This document shows positions 36,966 to 46,894 of a stretch of 64,000 bases of DNA, piece by piece; positions within the stretch are counted from its first letter, which is position 1, and every line of letters begins with the position of its first letter. The stretch comes from Dehalococcoidia bacterium (GTDB lineage Bacteria; Chloroflexota; Dehalococcoidia; SM23-28-2). The notes beneath the pieces were generated by a model. That model searched no databases, had not been told where the DNA came from, and saw only the letters and a list, made by a program, of their open reading frames with translations. The translations under genes were made by a program, and so were the position numbers. The stretch spans positions 2,040,443-2,104,442 of the forward strand of contig CP070630.1 of the NCBI GenBank assembly GCA_020356025.1, given 5' to 3'.

Positions 36966-39689
36966 GTGGCTACCATCACCGTCGACGACAAGCCAATAGA
37001 GGCACCTGAGGGGGCGCCTCTGCTGGAAGTCCTGCGCAAGGCAGGCATCTACGTCCCCAGCCTCTGCTACCTGGAGGGCCTGCCTCCCTACGGCGGCTGC
37101 CGCATGTGCCTGGTGGAGATCGATGGGGCGCCTGGTCTCCAGCTAGCGTGCACCAGCCGGGTCAGCGACGGCATGATCGTGCGCACCGGCACGCCCGAGG
37201 TGGTGGCGGCCCGGCGAGCTGTTCTCTCCCTCATCGTGGCCAATCACTCCGATCGCTGCCTCACCTGTCATCGGGTGGTTCATTGCAGGCCTGGCGACAC
37301 CTGCCTGCGCGACAACCTCGTCACCCACCGCTGCCTTACCTGCTGCAAGGACTACCGCTGCGATCTCCAGCTCGCCTGCTACATGGTGGGCATGAAAGGC
37401 TACGAGCCCTGGCTGGACGAAGCCCGCACCTATTACCGGACCGAGCCGCCGCCGGGTGATAGGGCTAACCCCTTCCTGGAGTTCGACCCCCAGATGTGCA
37501 TCCTCTGCACCCGTTGCGTCAGGGCCTGCGACGAGATTCGCCACACCGGGGCCATAACACTGGCCGAGCGCGGCTGGGAGACGCACATTGCCTTCGGCGC
37601 CGGTGGTGCCGTCCATGAATCCAATTGTGACTTCTGCGGCGCCTGCATCAACGTATGTCCTACGGCTACCCTTATGGAGAAACCCAACAAGTGGGCAGCC
37701 AGCCAGACCGAGGGCTGGGTGTCCACCGCCTGCGCCTACTGCAGCGTTGGCTGCACTATCAGCTTGGGGGTGAAAAAGGGGCGGGCTGTCATCGTGCGGC
37801 CGGAGCCATCCAATCCGGTCAGCGATGACCAGCTCTGCATCCGCGGCTGCTTCCACTACGACGCCATCAGGGACGACGACCGCCTGGCCCAACCCCTGCT
37901 GCGCCGGGACGGCGAGCTAGCCGCCGCTTCCTGGGATCAGGCCCTGGAGTCAGCCGCATCGCGGCTGGCGGCCATCAGGGAGGAGCACGGACCGGAAGCC
38001 ATCGCCTTCCTGGGCTCGCCCTTCGCCACCAACGAGGAGAACTACCTGCTCCAGAAGCTGGCCCGGGCAGTCGTTGGAAGCAACAACGTCGGCTCTAGCG
38101 GCGGCGCGGTGATAGACGCGGTGGCCCAATCGCTGCGCCGCGCCTTCGCCACCGATATCCTTCCCGCCGACATGACCGATCTGGCCAAGGCCAGGACGAT
38201 CGTGGTGGTGGCCGACGACCTGGAGTCCACCCACAACGTGGCCTGCCTGCGAGTGAAGGACGCCGTCGTGCGCAACGGCGCTCGCCTCATAGTCGTCACG
38301 CCCCGCTCGGGCGAGCTGTGCGACTTCGCCGAGGTCTGGCTGCGGCCCAATCCTGGCCAGGAAGCCCACGTTCTGGCAGCCCTGGCCCACGCTCTGTTGC
38401 AGGACGAGGAGCTCGTAACCTCGCTTAAGGCGTCCCCACCGGCGGGACTCGAGGATCTGGCCAGGGCCTCTCTGCCTGACCTGAGCGACGACCTGGCCGA
38501 TCTCGTGGGCCGGGCGGCCCTCGCGCTGGCCGACTCCGCCAAGCAGCCGCCCGACGATAGGCGCACCGCTATCGTGTACGCTGTCCCCCATCTGGGCGCG
38601 CAGGCGGCAGGGAGGGTGACGGCCGCTGTGGCCAACCTGGCTATTCTCTGCTGTGGGCCACAGGAGGCAGCGCGATCGCTGTTCGTCCTGCCGCCCGAGG
38701 TCAACGGCTGGGGCCTGCAGGACATGGGCGTGACGCCCGGCCTGCTGCCTGGCTATCGTCCCGTGGACGATGAGGGCGCGCGCCAGGAGGTGGAGAAGGC
38801 CTGGGGCGCCAGCCCTCCATCAGCGGCGGGGCTGGGCTTCCGAGGAGCCCTGGACGCCATCCAGGAGGGGCGCATCAAGGCGATGGTCGTGCTGGCTGAC
38901 AACCCCCTGTTCGTTGCACCCGACAAGGCCTCGTTGAGGGCCTGCCTCTCCTCCCTGGACTTCCTGCTGGTCATCGATAGCGTCCTCTCGGACACGGCTC
39001 GCATGGCGCAGGTGGTACTGCCCGACGTGAGCGTCTTTGGCAAGGACGGCACCTACACCATCGCCGACCGTCGCATCCTCCGTCTGCGGGGCGCAGTCGC
39101 CCCTATCGGCCAGGCGCGGCCTGCCTGGCGAATCCTGGCTGAGCTCGGCTCTGCCCTGGCCCAAGGCCTGGGCGTGGACGCCAGCACCTGGGAGTACGCC
39201 AGCCCTGACCAGATCATGGACGATATAGCCAGCCTGGTGCCTCTCTATCGCCAGGCTCGCTATAGCGAGCTCGAATCGGGAGCCCAGCAGGACTTCGCAG
39301 GCACCCAGCCCCAGGCCGCCGTCCTCCAGCCCCCCGCTCTGGAGCCGACGGCAGCCGGCGAGGGCCTAGTACTAACCGCCAGCCGCACCCTCTACACCAG
39401 CTGGGAGGGCGCCGCCATCCACTCGCCCGAGGCCGACAAGCTGCATCGGGAGGAGTTCGTCGAGATGAACGCCGCCGATGCCGCTGGCCTGGGAGTCGAA
39501 GATGGCCAGGAGGTCATCCTGGCCAACGAGCGCGGCGAGCTCACCATCCGCGTCAAGATCAGCGACAGCGTCCTGCCGGGAAGCGTTTTCGTCCCTCTGT
39601 ACTACGACGGCGGCGCGGTCACTGCCCTGTTAGGCCACGAGGATGGCGCCCTGGCTCGCGTCAGGATAGCCGTCAGGGCCCGAGCGTAG
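36966..39689 (+). CDS. NuoG / formate-dehydrogenase-alpha-like multi-Fe-S protein with a degenerate molybdopterin domain
   Basis: [2Fe-2S] CY...GGCRMC...C; HSDRCLTC...C; CILCTRC; CDFCGAC; CAYCSVGC; no Cys/Sec-His at the Mo-ligand position. Confidence 0.78.
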   Translation: MATITVDDKPIEAPEGAPLLEVLRKAGIYVPSLCYLEGLPPYGGCRMCLVEIDGAPGLQLACTSRVSDGMIVRTGTPEVVAARRAVLSLIVANHSDRCLTCHRVVHCRPGDTCLRDNLVTHRCLTCCKDYRCDLQLACYMVGMKGYEPWLDEARTYYRTEPPPGDRANPFLEFDPQMCILCTRCVRACDEIRHTGAITLAERGWETHIAFGAGGAVHESNCDFCGACINVCPTATLMEKPNKWAASQTEGWVSTACAYCSVGCTISLGVKKGRAVIVRPEPSNPVSDDQLCIRGCFHYDAIRDDDRLAQPLLRRDGELAAASWDQALESAASRLAAIREEHGPEAIAFLGSPFATNEENYLLQKLARAVVGSNNVGSSGGAVIDAVAQSLRRAFATDILPADMTDLAKARTIVVVADDLESTHNVACLRVKDAVVRNGARLIVVTPRSGELCDFAEVWLRPNPGQEAHVLAALAHALLQDEELVTSLKASPPAGLEDLARASLPDLSDDLADLVGRAALALADSAKQPPDDRRTAIVYAVPHLGAQAAGRVTAAVANLAILCCGPQEAARSLFVLPPEVNGWGLQDMGVTPGLLPGYRPVDDEGARQEVEKAWGASPPSAAGLGFRGALDAIQEGRIKAMVVLADNPLFVAPDKASLRACLSSLDFLLVIDSVLSDTARMAQVVLPDVSVFGKDGTYTIADRRILRLRGAVAPIGQARPAWRILAELGSALAQGLGVDASTWEYASPDQIMDDIASLVPLYRQARYSELESGAQQDFAGTQPQAAVLQPPALEPTAAGEGLVLTASRTLYTSWEGAAIHSPEADKLHREEFVEMNAADAAGLGVEDGQEVILANERGELTIRVKISDSVLPGSVFVPLYYDGGAVTALLGHEDGALARVRIAVRARA

Positions 39690-39794
39690 GACGCTCTCGC
39701 TGCGTTGACGAACTCGCCACTCCTCGTGTAGTGTTGGCGCACAGACCTGTCCCACATCGCCCGTCTCCATTTCACATCGACAGGGAGAGAATCA

Positions 39795-40859
39795 GTGTAC
39801 TCACTCCAGGACCTCGGCTGGGGCCCATTCTTCGAGAACCACATAACTGATCCGTCGGCCGGCCTCTTCCCCGCTCGCGTCGCGGGCCACTCCCGCGGCA
39901 TCTACCGGCTCCTCAGTGCGAGTGGCGACCTAACCGCCTCCGTCGCGGGCAGGCTGGCGCACGAGGCCGCCCAGAGCGCCGCCCTGCCCGTCGTCGGCGA
40001 CTGGATCCTCGGCCGCCTCGCTTCGCCGGGGCAGGCTGTGATCGAGAACGTCCTCGAACGCCGCACGAAGCTTTCGCGCATCGCTCCCGGCGAGCGTACT
40101 GAGGAGCAGATTCTGGCCACCAACGTCGACGTCGTCTTTCTCGTCACCTCCCTCACGCGCGAGTTCAAACCACGCCGCATCGAGCGCTACCTGGTACAGA
40201 TCTGGGAGAGCGGAGCGCGCCCGGTGATCGTCCTCAACAAGGAGGACCTCGTGGAGTCGCCGGACGAATTCCTCAGGCAAGCGGAGGAGACCCCGCTCAT
40301 CGACGTGCTGCTCACTAGCGCTACGACCGGCTCCGGCATCGAGCGACTGCGCGGCCGCCTGGGAGCCGGCGAGACGGCCGTCTTCGTTGGCTCGTCCGGA
40401 GTCGGCAAGTCGTCGATCATCAACCGTCTGCTCGGCGACACCGTCCAGGCCGTTCGCGCTGTCCGCGCGGGCGACGATCGGGGCCGGCACACGACGGCAG
40501 CTCGCGAGATGTTCCTCCTACCGGCCGGCGGCGTGATCATCGATACGCCCGGTCTGCGTGAGCTCCAGGTGCTCGCCGATCCGTCAACGCTCGGCCAGAC
40601 CTTCCCCGACGTCGACAAGCTTGCGGCCAACTGCGCTTTCCGGGACTGCATGCACGTCTCGGAGCCCGGCTGCGCGGTGAAGGCTGCTGTAGAGGACGGA
40701 ACGTTAGACGGCGCACGCCTTCGCGGCTACCGGAAGCTGCAGCGAGAGCTGGACTACGCGAAGCGCCGCACTGACCGGTCCTCGCAGCTCGCCGAGAAGC
40801 GCAAGTGGAAGCAGATACAGAAGCAATACCGCCGGCGCTGCCGAGAACGGGAGCGCTAG
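39795..40859 (+). CDS. rsgA: Ribosome small subunit-dependent GTPase A
   Basis: NKED, GSSGVGKS, GRHTT, DTPG, Zn site CAFRDCMH.SEPGC. Confidence 0.93.
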   Translation: MYSLQDLGWGPFFENHITDPSAGLFPARVAGHSRGIYRLLSASGDLTASVAGRLAHEAAQSAALPVVGDWILGRLASPGQAVIENVLERRTKLSRIAPGERTEEQILATNVDVVFLVTSLTREFKPRRIERYLVQIWESGARPVIVLNKEDLVESPDEFLRQAEETPLIDVLLTSATTGSGIERLRGRLGAGETAVFVGSSGVGKSSIINRLLGDTVQAVRAVRAGDDRGRHTTAAREMFLLPAGGVIIDTPGLRELQVLADPSTLGQTFPDVDKLAANCAFRDCMHVSEPGCAVKAAVEDGTLDGARLRGYRKLQRELDYAKRRTDRSSQLAEKRKWKQIQKQYRRRCRERER

Positions 40860-41614
40860 TCTTCTATCTTGTCCACCGTCGACGCACCGGATGTCGTCAC
40901 GTCGCCCAGGCTGGGGTCGCCCAGGTAGCGCAGCTTTGAGGCACCGCTCACGTCCACGGGGTCGATGCGCTCCTGCGCCCGCACCGTCGCATCGCTGGCG
41001 CCGCTGAGTCTGACCTCAGCTGTCTCGACGGTGAAGTCGGCCAGGTCCAGGCTGCTCGCGCCGGACCCCTCGATGGTCAGCCCTGTGGCGGATCCGTCCA
41101 GCACCACCCTGCTTGCGCCCGATGCGTTGATGTCGACGTCGCCTGCCTCCAGGTCACCGTCCAGAGAGCTTGCGCCCGATAGTCCGATGTCGAGCTGACC
41201 GGACGATCGGAAGCCGGAGACGCTTGCCCTGGAAGCGCCGCTCAGATCCAGGCCCTCCAGATCGGGCATCGTAATCTCTGCCTCCAGGGTCGCATTCCTG
41301 AGGCTCACGCCTCGCTCGAGGCGTAGTTTGAGCGTGTCGTCCACCTTGGATACGTCGGCCAAATCCATGATGTTGTCGTCCGCCCGTACCGTGACGGCGA
41401 AGGAGTCCGACTGGGTGATCTGCAGCTCAAACGCGTTCTGCGCCTCGACGGTGGTGAAGTCGGCCAACGCCATCTGTTCGCTGACCACGTTTCCGGAGCC
41501 CTGCAGCGTCTCCCCGTCGCCGTCGTCGATGTCGACGTCGATGTCGACGTCGCAGGCGGCAAACAGAGCGATTAGCCCTGCCAGTGCCAAAACAAGAATC
41601 ATCAGCCGCTTCAC
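40856..41614 (-). CDS. DUF2807 / head-GIN-domain lipoprotein
   Basis: Lipobox FAAC; GSGNV; repeated LSGAS beta-helix motifs. Confidence 0.8.
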   Translation of the reverse strand: MKRLMILVLALAGLIALFAACDVDIDVDIDDGDGETLQGSGNVVSEQMALADFTTVEAQNAFELQITQSDSFAVTVRADDNIMDLADVSKVDDTLKLRLERGVSLRNATLEAEITMPDLEGLDLSGASRASVSGFRSSGQLDIGLSGASSLDGDLEAGDVDINASGASRVVLDGSATGLTIEGSGASSLDLADFTVETAEVRLSGASDATVRAQERIDPVDVSGASKLRYLGDPSLGDVTTSGASTVDKIED

Positions 41615-41696
41615 GGCTCACCTCCCATGAACTAGATGACGTTGGCCCCTATCCTACCCGCAGACGCGAGGGGTCGGCAAGTGCGAAGCTGCGGCC

Positions 41697-42377
41697 TCAG
41701 CCTAGTAGGGCGTCCAGAACCGCCTGCCAGGAGGAGAAGTCGGGGAAGACGACATCGGCGCCGGCGGTCGTCAACTCGTCCACGCTGAAGAAACCGGTGG
41801 CTACGGCTATAGAGCGCGCCCCGTTGGCCTCAGCGGCGGCGATGTCCAGGGGCGTATCGCCGATAACGTAGACCTCGCGGGGATCGGGCCCGCCGCTCGC
41901 CTCGGCCAGCCGCTCGATGGCTATTGCCACAACTTCCGCCCGATCCTCGGAGTCGTCAGCGAAGCCGCCTGCCAGGAAGAAGTCGTACAGTCCGAAAGGC
42001 TCCAGCTTCAGACGGGCGGACTCGCGGAAGTTGCCCGTCGCCAGCCCCAGAGACGCCCCGGGAGCCGCCTGGATGCCCGCCAGCAGCTCGTGTACGCCGG
42101 AGAGCACTTGCGCTTGAACCTCGGTGAGTGTCCTCGGCAGCATGCTGAAGTACGTCTCCTGAAAGCGAGCGAGAAGAGTGGGGAACTCACCATCGAGGCT
42201 GTGGGCGTTCACCGCATCGCGGAAGATGGCCGTATCGGTGCGGCCGGTGAATCCGATACCGGCGAAGCCGTCGGCGATGCCGAAGAGCTGGGCGAAGGCC
42301 GCAGTCATCGCCCGACCGCCAGCACCACGACTATCTACCAGGGTCTTGTCAACGTCGAAGAGGAAAAGCTTGGCCAA
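41697..42377 (-). CDS. HAD-superfamily hydrolase
   Basis: FDVDKTL, LATGN, IGDTPLD. Confidence 0.85.
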   Translation of the reverse strand: MAKLFLFDVDKTLVDSRGAGGRAMTAAFAQLFGIADGFAGIGFTGRTDTAIFRDAVNAHSLDGEFPTLLARFQETYFSMLPRTLTEVQAQVLSGVHELLAGIQAAPGASLGLATGNFRESARLKLEPFGLYDFFLAGGFADDSEDRAEVVAIAIERLAEASGGPDPREVYVIGDTPLDIAAAEANGARSIAVATGFFSVDELTTAGADVVFPDFSSWQAVLDALLG

Positions 42378-42398
42378 TGTTGCAGCGCCCGCAGCTCG

Positions 42399-43280
42399 CT
42401 AGGAAGGCTGGGGCTCCTGCTCCCAAATGACGCCTACCACTCGTCTGCCCATGTGAACCAGCAAGGCGGGCCCTATCCTGGTTTCCAGGACTTGCTCCCT
42501 GTTTAGGCCCAGCCTTTCACACAGCTTGCCTACAAGCATCTCTCTGAGTTCCGGGCATATTCCCTCCACCACCGAGACTACGCCGGACTTGTAGGTCCGC
42601 TGCACCTCGTCAACCATGCGATCCACGGCCCTCTCCATGCGCCCCCGCACCCTGGTGTAGAGAGCCATAGCCCCATCCCTGGTGCTGATGATCGGTTTGA
42701 TCTGCAGGGCGCTGCCGAGCATGTGTTGGAAGGGTCGAACCCGGCCACTCTTCAGCAGGTACTTGGTCGTTTCCAAGGCTGCCAGGAGGCGCAGCCGTCC
42801 CCTCATCTCCTCCACCAGGCGCTTGGCCTCCCCCAAAGGACGGCCGAGGTCGCGCATACGGGCCGCCTCCAGGACAAGCATACCCTCCCCCATCGAGCCG
42901 CTGAGGGAGTCCACCACCTCGATCTCCGAGTCGGGATGCTCCTGCTCCACCATCTCCGCCCCTTCGACGGCAGCATCGTAAGTCTTGCTCAGCTTGCGGG
43001 AGAGGGTAATGGTGAGGATCCGCGACAGGCCTTGCTTCACATTAGACATGAATGCCTCCGCGAAGCGAGAAGGAGCGGGTGCCGCCGTGGTGGGATACCC
43101 CTTACCCTTCTCGTACTGGTCCAATAGCTTGGCGAAATCCTCTAGGGTCATCACACCGTCGTCGAGGCTGCTGTCCGTGCCGAAGTTGATGGTGAAAGGC
43201 ACCACCGTAAGGCGCAGCTTCTTGGTGATGTCCGGCGGCAGGTCATGGGTACTGTCGCAGACGATGGCAAAGGGATCCAT
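42399..43280 (-). CDS. DegV-family fatty-acid-binding protein
   Basis: CDSTHDL, PTTAAP, LSKTY, VDSLSGSMGEG, IKPII, HMG. Confidence 0.87.
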   Translation of the reverse strand: MDPFAIVCDSTHDLPPDITKKLRLTVVPFTINFGTDSSLDDGVMTLEDFAKLLDQYEKGKGYPTTAAPAPSRFAEAFMSNVKQGLSRILTITLSRKLSKTYDAAVEGAEMVEQEHPDSEIEVVDSLSGSMGEGMLVLEAARMRDLGRPLGEAKRLVEEMRGRLRLLAALETTKYLLKSGRVRPFQHMLGSALQIKPIISTRDGAMALYTRVRGRMERAVDRMVDEVQRTYKSGVVSVVEGICPELREMLVGKLCERLGLNREQVLETRIGPALLVHMGRRVVGVIWEQEPQPS

Positions 43281-43398
43281 GCTTCTCGCTCCCTCCTTTT
43301 GCCTGCATTCTACCAACTGCCAGCCCCACCCCGCTAGCCCTGCAAGGCCCCCCGATTGACAGAACGGCCCGCCACTAGAGTATCATGCGTGGCAAGAG

Positions 43399-44415
43399 GT
43401 GACTGTGGCAGAGACAAAAGCGGCCAAGGTCTACGTCACGCGCGAGCTTCCCAGCGCTGCCCTCGACCCTCTGGCAGAAGCGGCCACCGTAAGGGTCTGG
43501 CCCGAAGAGTTGCCCCCGCCGCCGGAGGTTCTCTTGGCGGAGGCGGCAGATGCTGATGCCCTCCTCACCCTCCTGACCGACCGCATCGATGCCGCGATCA
43601 TGGCGGCGGCACCGCGACTGCGGGTCATCAGCAACATGGCCGTGGGCTACGACAATATCGACGTCCAGGAGGCCAGCCGGCGGGGGATCCTTGTGACCAA
43701 CACGCCCGGCATCTTGACCAAGACCACGGCCGACTTCGCCTTTGCCCTCCTTCTTGCCGCCGCCCGCCGCGTGGTAGAGGCCGACCGCTACACTCGCCAG
43801 GGCCGCTGGAAGACCTGGGGACCGCAGATCCTCCTGGGGCAGGACGTGTACGAAGCCACCCTGGGGGTGGTGGGCCTGGGTGGCGTCGGACTGGAGGTGG
43901 CCAAGAGGGGACGCGGTTTCGGCATGCGCGTCCTTTACTGCGATAGCACCCGCAGGCCCAAAGAGGAGCGCCGCTACGGGTTGGCCTGTGTGAAGCTGGA
44001 CCAGCTTCTGGCCGAGTCCGACTTCGTTAGTCTGCACACGCCCCTTACTCCTGAGACTCACCACCTTATCGGCGAGCGGGAGCTGGCGCTTATGAAGCCC
44101 ACAGCCGTTCTCGTCAACACCGCCCGAGGGGCGATAGTGGATCAGCGGGATCTGTGGCGCTTCCTCAAGGATGGGCGTATCGCCGCCGCCGCCATCGACG
44201 TCAGCGAGCAAGAACCCATCGCCCCCGACGACCCCCTCCTGGGGTTGGACAACATCATCATCACGCCCCACATTGCCAGCGCCAGCGTCGCCACCCGTCT
44301 GGGCATGGCCAGGATGGCGGTGGACAATCTGCTCACGGCCCTGCGAGGCCAGGTGCCACCCCAGTGCGTCAACCGAGAGGCCATCCCCCGCTGGCGCCGA
44401 GCTCTGCCCAGATAA
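43399..44415 (+). CDS. D-isomer 2-hydroxyacid dehydrogenase (glyoxylate/hydroxypyruvate reductase-like)
   Basis: AVGYDNID, GLGGVG, VNTARG, TPHIASAS. Confidence 0.9.
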   Translation: MTVAETKAAKVYVTRELPSAALDPLAEAATVRVWPEELPPPPEVLLAEAADADALLTLLTDRIDAAIMAAAPRLRVISNMAVGYDNIDVQEASRRGILVTNTPGILTKTTADFAFALLLAAARRVVEADRYTRQGRWKTWGPQILLGQDVYEATLGVVGLGGVGLEVAKRGRGFGMRVLYCDSTRRPKEERRYGLACVKLDQLLAESDFVSLHTPLTPETHHLIGERELALMKPTAVLVNTARGAIVDQRDLWRFLKDGRIAAAAIDVSEQEPIAPDDPLLGLDNIIITPHIASASVATRLGMARMAVDNLLTALRGQVPPQCVNREAIPRWRRALPR

Positions 44416-44432
44416 AGCATGAGCGTTGTAGC

Positions 44433-44461
44433 TTGACAGCGCCCAGGGGTAATGGTATCGT
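44433..44461 (+). promoter_or_regulatory. Sigma70-type promoter
   Basis: TTGACA-N17-TATCGT with extended TG. Confidence 0.55.
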
Positions 44462-44544
44462 TTTGCCACTCCCAAGGCCTCTGCTCGCAGGGGCTGCCTC
44501 TTCTGCGGCGAGGCCGTCTTTAGTTGGAGCAGAGGCGAGGCGAT

Positions 44545-45198
44545 ATGGGCCGTTCTGCTCGCGCTGCCGGTAATTTGTGGCTGGCCAGAACCCTGTGGGA
44601 TCTGGGGGCTATCCGGTTCGGCGACTTCACTCTGGGAAGGACAACGCTCCACTCCCCCATCTACGTCAACGTGCGCCTGCTGATCAGCAAGCCCAGAGCC
44701 CTCAGGCGGGCGGCTCGCTTGATGTATGAAGAGGTGCGCACTCTCCAGAGGATGCTCCACCCCCGCGGCGCCCCCTTCGATCGGGTGGCCGGTATCCCCT
44801 TCGGTGGGTTGCACCTGGCCACCGTCTTCTCCCTCATCGCCAACGTCCCCATGGTCTACGTCCACCCCTCCAAGGATCGCGATACCACCACTCCTTTCCT
44901 GGAGGGCGCGTACGAACGGGGTGAGACGGTTCTCCTCATCGACGACCTCGTTACCGGCGGTGGCAACATCATCGAGACGGCCGCCTTCCTGGGGATGGCT
45001 GGCCTGAAGGTGAAGGACATAGTGGTGCTGCTGGATCGCCACGAGGGAGCCAAGGACCGCCTGAAGGCCCACGGCTACAACCTGATATCCATCCTCGGCC
45101 TGGAGCCGATGCTCAACTACCTGATGGCCAGCGGCAAGATCGAGGAAGACTGGTACCGCAAGAGCGTCGACTACATCCTGTCCCGCCGCCCCGTCTGA
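44545..45198 (+). CDS. Phosphoribosyltransferase, orotate PRT (PyrE)-like
   Basis: GDFTL, SPIYVN, GIPFGG, PRPP motif LLIDDLVTGG, LLDR. Confidence 0.75.
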   Translation: MGRSARAAGNLWLARTLWDLGAIRFGDFTLGRTTLHSPIYVNVRLLISKPRALRRAARLMYEEVRTLQRMLHPRGAPFDRVAGIPFGGLHLATVFSLIANVPMVYVHPSKDRDTTTPFLEGAYERGETVLLIDDLVTGGGNIIETAAFLGMAGLKVKDIVVLLDRHEGAKDRLKAHGYNLISILGLEPMLNYLMASGKIEEDWYRKSVDYILSRRPV

Positions 45199-45280
45199 TT
45201 GACAGCCATCGAATCGTTGCAGCACCAGGGGGCGCATTCGTCTTCCGAGGGATCGCGGAATTCGAGGGCTGGATCTGGCT

Positions 45281-45309
45281 TTGACCTAGCCTACCTGAGG
45301 TGCTAGACT
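45281..45309 (+). promoter_or_regulatory. Sigma70-type promoter
   Basis: TTGACC-N17-TAGACT with extended TG. Confidence 0.55.
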
Positions 45310-45357
45310 TCGCGAGATGTAGGCCTGCCTGCCGGCAGGAGGGAAGGAGTTGAAGAT

Positions 45358-46233
45358 ATGCGAATCTTAACCCTTGCCATGGCCACTATCTTGATAGTTG
45401 TTGGCTTGACAGCCTGCGACGGAGATGGAGACGAAGAAGGTGCACCAGCGGCTGCCGTAACGCCTACCGCCACTGAGGAGGGCGAACCCGCCGCTGCCGA
45501 AACTCCTACTGTCACTGAGGAGGACACACCCGTCACTGAAGAAGACACACCCGCCGCTGCGCCTTCGCCCTCCGAGGCAGGCGTGGAGACCGGCTCCCTC
45601 ACCGGCCTGAACAGCTATCGCTACACCATGAAGATGGAACTGGAGGGGTTGCAGAGCGCCCTCGCCGACCAACTGGCCGCCATACCGGGTCAAGACCCTG
45701 CCGCTATGGCCGAGAGTCTGGAGATGGAGATCAGCGGGGCGTTCGTCGCGCCGGACCAGGCCGAGAGCCATATGAGCATCAGTGGCGTCGACGACGAACT
45801 GGTCCTGGTTGTCATTGGCAACCAGCAATGGGTGCAACTGGGCGACCTGGCCATCGGCCCCATGGAAACCATGGGTGACGTATCGGAACTGGACTTTGCT
45901 CTCCTGATGTGGGAGGCGTTCGAGGAAGAGGCTGGCGGGCTGACCTGCGCCAGCGAGAAGAAAGAGACGGTGAACGACGTTCCCGCCAACTACTGCGGCA
46001 TCGACACGGCTACCTATGAGCAGCTCTCCGCTCTGTTCGGCGGCACGGAGGAGGAGATGGGCGACATAGATGAGCTGAATCTCGAGATGTGGCTGGCGGA
46101 AGACGGAGGCTGGCCCGTGCGTCTGCGCGTTAGCATGGAAGGCACGGATGAGACCGGCCAGGAGTTCAAGGCCAAACTGGACATGGACGTCACCGACGTC
46201 AACGAGGATATCGAGATCAAGCCCCTCAGCTAG
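45358..46233 (+). CDS. Acidic lipoprotein of unknown function (LppX/LprA-like fold possible)
   Basis: Lipobox LTAC; TP/E-rich linker including a 21-bp tandem pair at 45511-45552; SYRYTM...WL..DGGWPVR. Confidence 0.6.
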   Translation: MRILTLAMATILIVVGLTACDGDGDEEGAPAAAVTPTATEEGEPAAAETPTVTEEDTPVTEEDTPAAAPSPSEAGVETGSLTGLNSYRYTMKMELEGLQSALADQLAAIPGQDPAAMAESLEMEISGAFVAPDQAESHMSISGVDDELVLVVIGNQQWVQLGDLAIGPMETMGDVSELDFALLMWEAFEEEAGGLTCASEKKETVNDVPANYCGIDTATYEQLSALFGGTEEEMGDIDELNLEMWLAEDGGWPVRLRVSMEGTDETGQEFKAKLDMDVTDVNEDIEIKPLS

Positions 46234-46252
46234 CGGTAGCCGCTGGGAGAGC

Positions 46253-46468
46253 CTAGAGGAGGCGACGAATTGGCTTGCGGCCGGGGCGGGGGTCGTAGTT
46301 GGCCTTGAACATCTCTAGCTTATCGCGCTCGATGAGGTACTTGCCAGCGAAGAGAAGGGCAGGAACCTTCTTCTGCTTGATCAGTCGCCGCAGACTCTGG
46401 GGGTGAATGCCCAGGATTCGCGCTGCTTCCACTAGATCCAGGTAGTTATCGAACGGCGTGTCGACCAT
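46253..46468 (-). CDS. Excisionase-like HTH (HTH_17/MerR-type) DNA-binding protein
   Basis: LDLVEAARILGIHPQSLRRLIK...YLIERD; GGAGGGG RBS. Confidence 0.75.
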   Translation of the reverse strand: MVDTPFDNYLDLVEAARILGIHPQSLRRLIKQKKVPALLFAGKYLIERDKLEMFKANYDPRPGRKPIRRLL

Positions 46469-46645
46469 TCCCCTCCCCTAGTCTACTAACACGCTAACAC
46501 GCATTAATGATTTTACCACATTTGTCAAGCCTAGTGGCCTATATGGATCACCATCTTGACACCTCCGTGGCTGGCAAGAGCTGGCATCTCTCGTTAGCAA
46601 ACCCATAGCTGGTATGTTATATGCGCTGTAACGTCTAACCCGGCC

Positions 46646-46702
46646 TGGAGCGGGAGACGGGAATCGAACCCGCGACAACCTGCTTGGAAGGCAGAAGCTC
46701 TA
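46646..46702 (-). pseudogene. 3' fragment (57 nt) of tRNA-Gly(TCC); probable att site
   Basis: TAGAGC, anticodon arm TCTGC-CTTCCAA-GCAGG, T-arm GGTTCGATTCC, CTCCCGCTCCA end; the 5' acceptor strand and most of the D-arm are replaced by unrelated sequence. Confidence 0.85.
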
Positions 46703-46894
46703 TCGGGGGGCGATCCGTGCCAGCAGGCGTCCCGGATTGGCAATCGCGGCGGCGCGGCCGCAGCGGTAGCGCCGCATCCCTGTCTTGATGAAGGTGAGAG
46801 CCATGCTAGGTGTCCACCAAGAACTGCTCACACACATTGCGGAAGTCGTTGAACACCCGCAGCGTGTGCGGACAGGCTGACTGACAGGCCGCGT

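Noticed and set aside
36966-39689. Selenocysteine formate dehydrogenase
   Set aside because: No in-frame TGA and no Cys/Sec-His ligand motif
46805-46880. Minus-strand CPHTLR...(L)GGH text beside the tRNA fragment, resembling a tyrosine-integrase remnant
   Set aside because: Spacing to the GH is too short, it needs a frameshift, and the following H and the catalytic Tyr are missing
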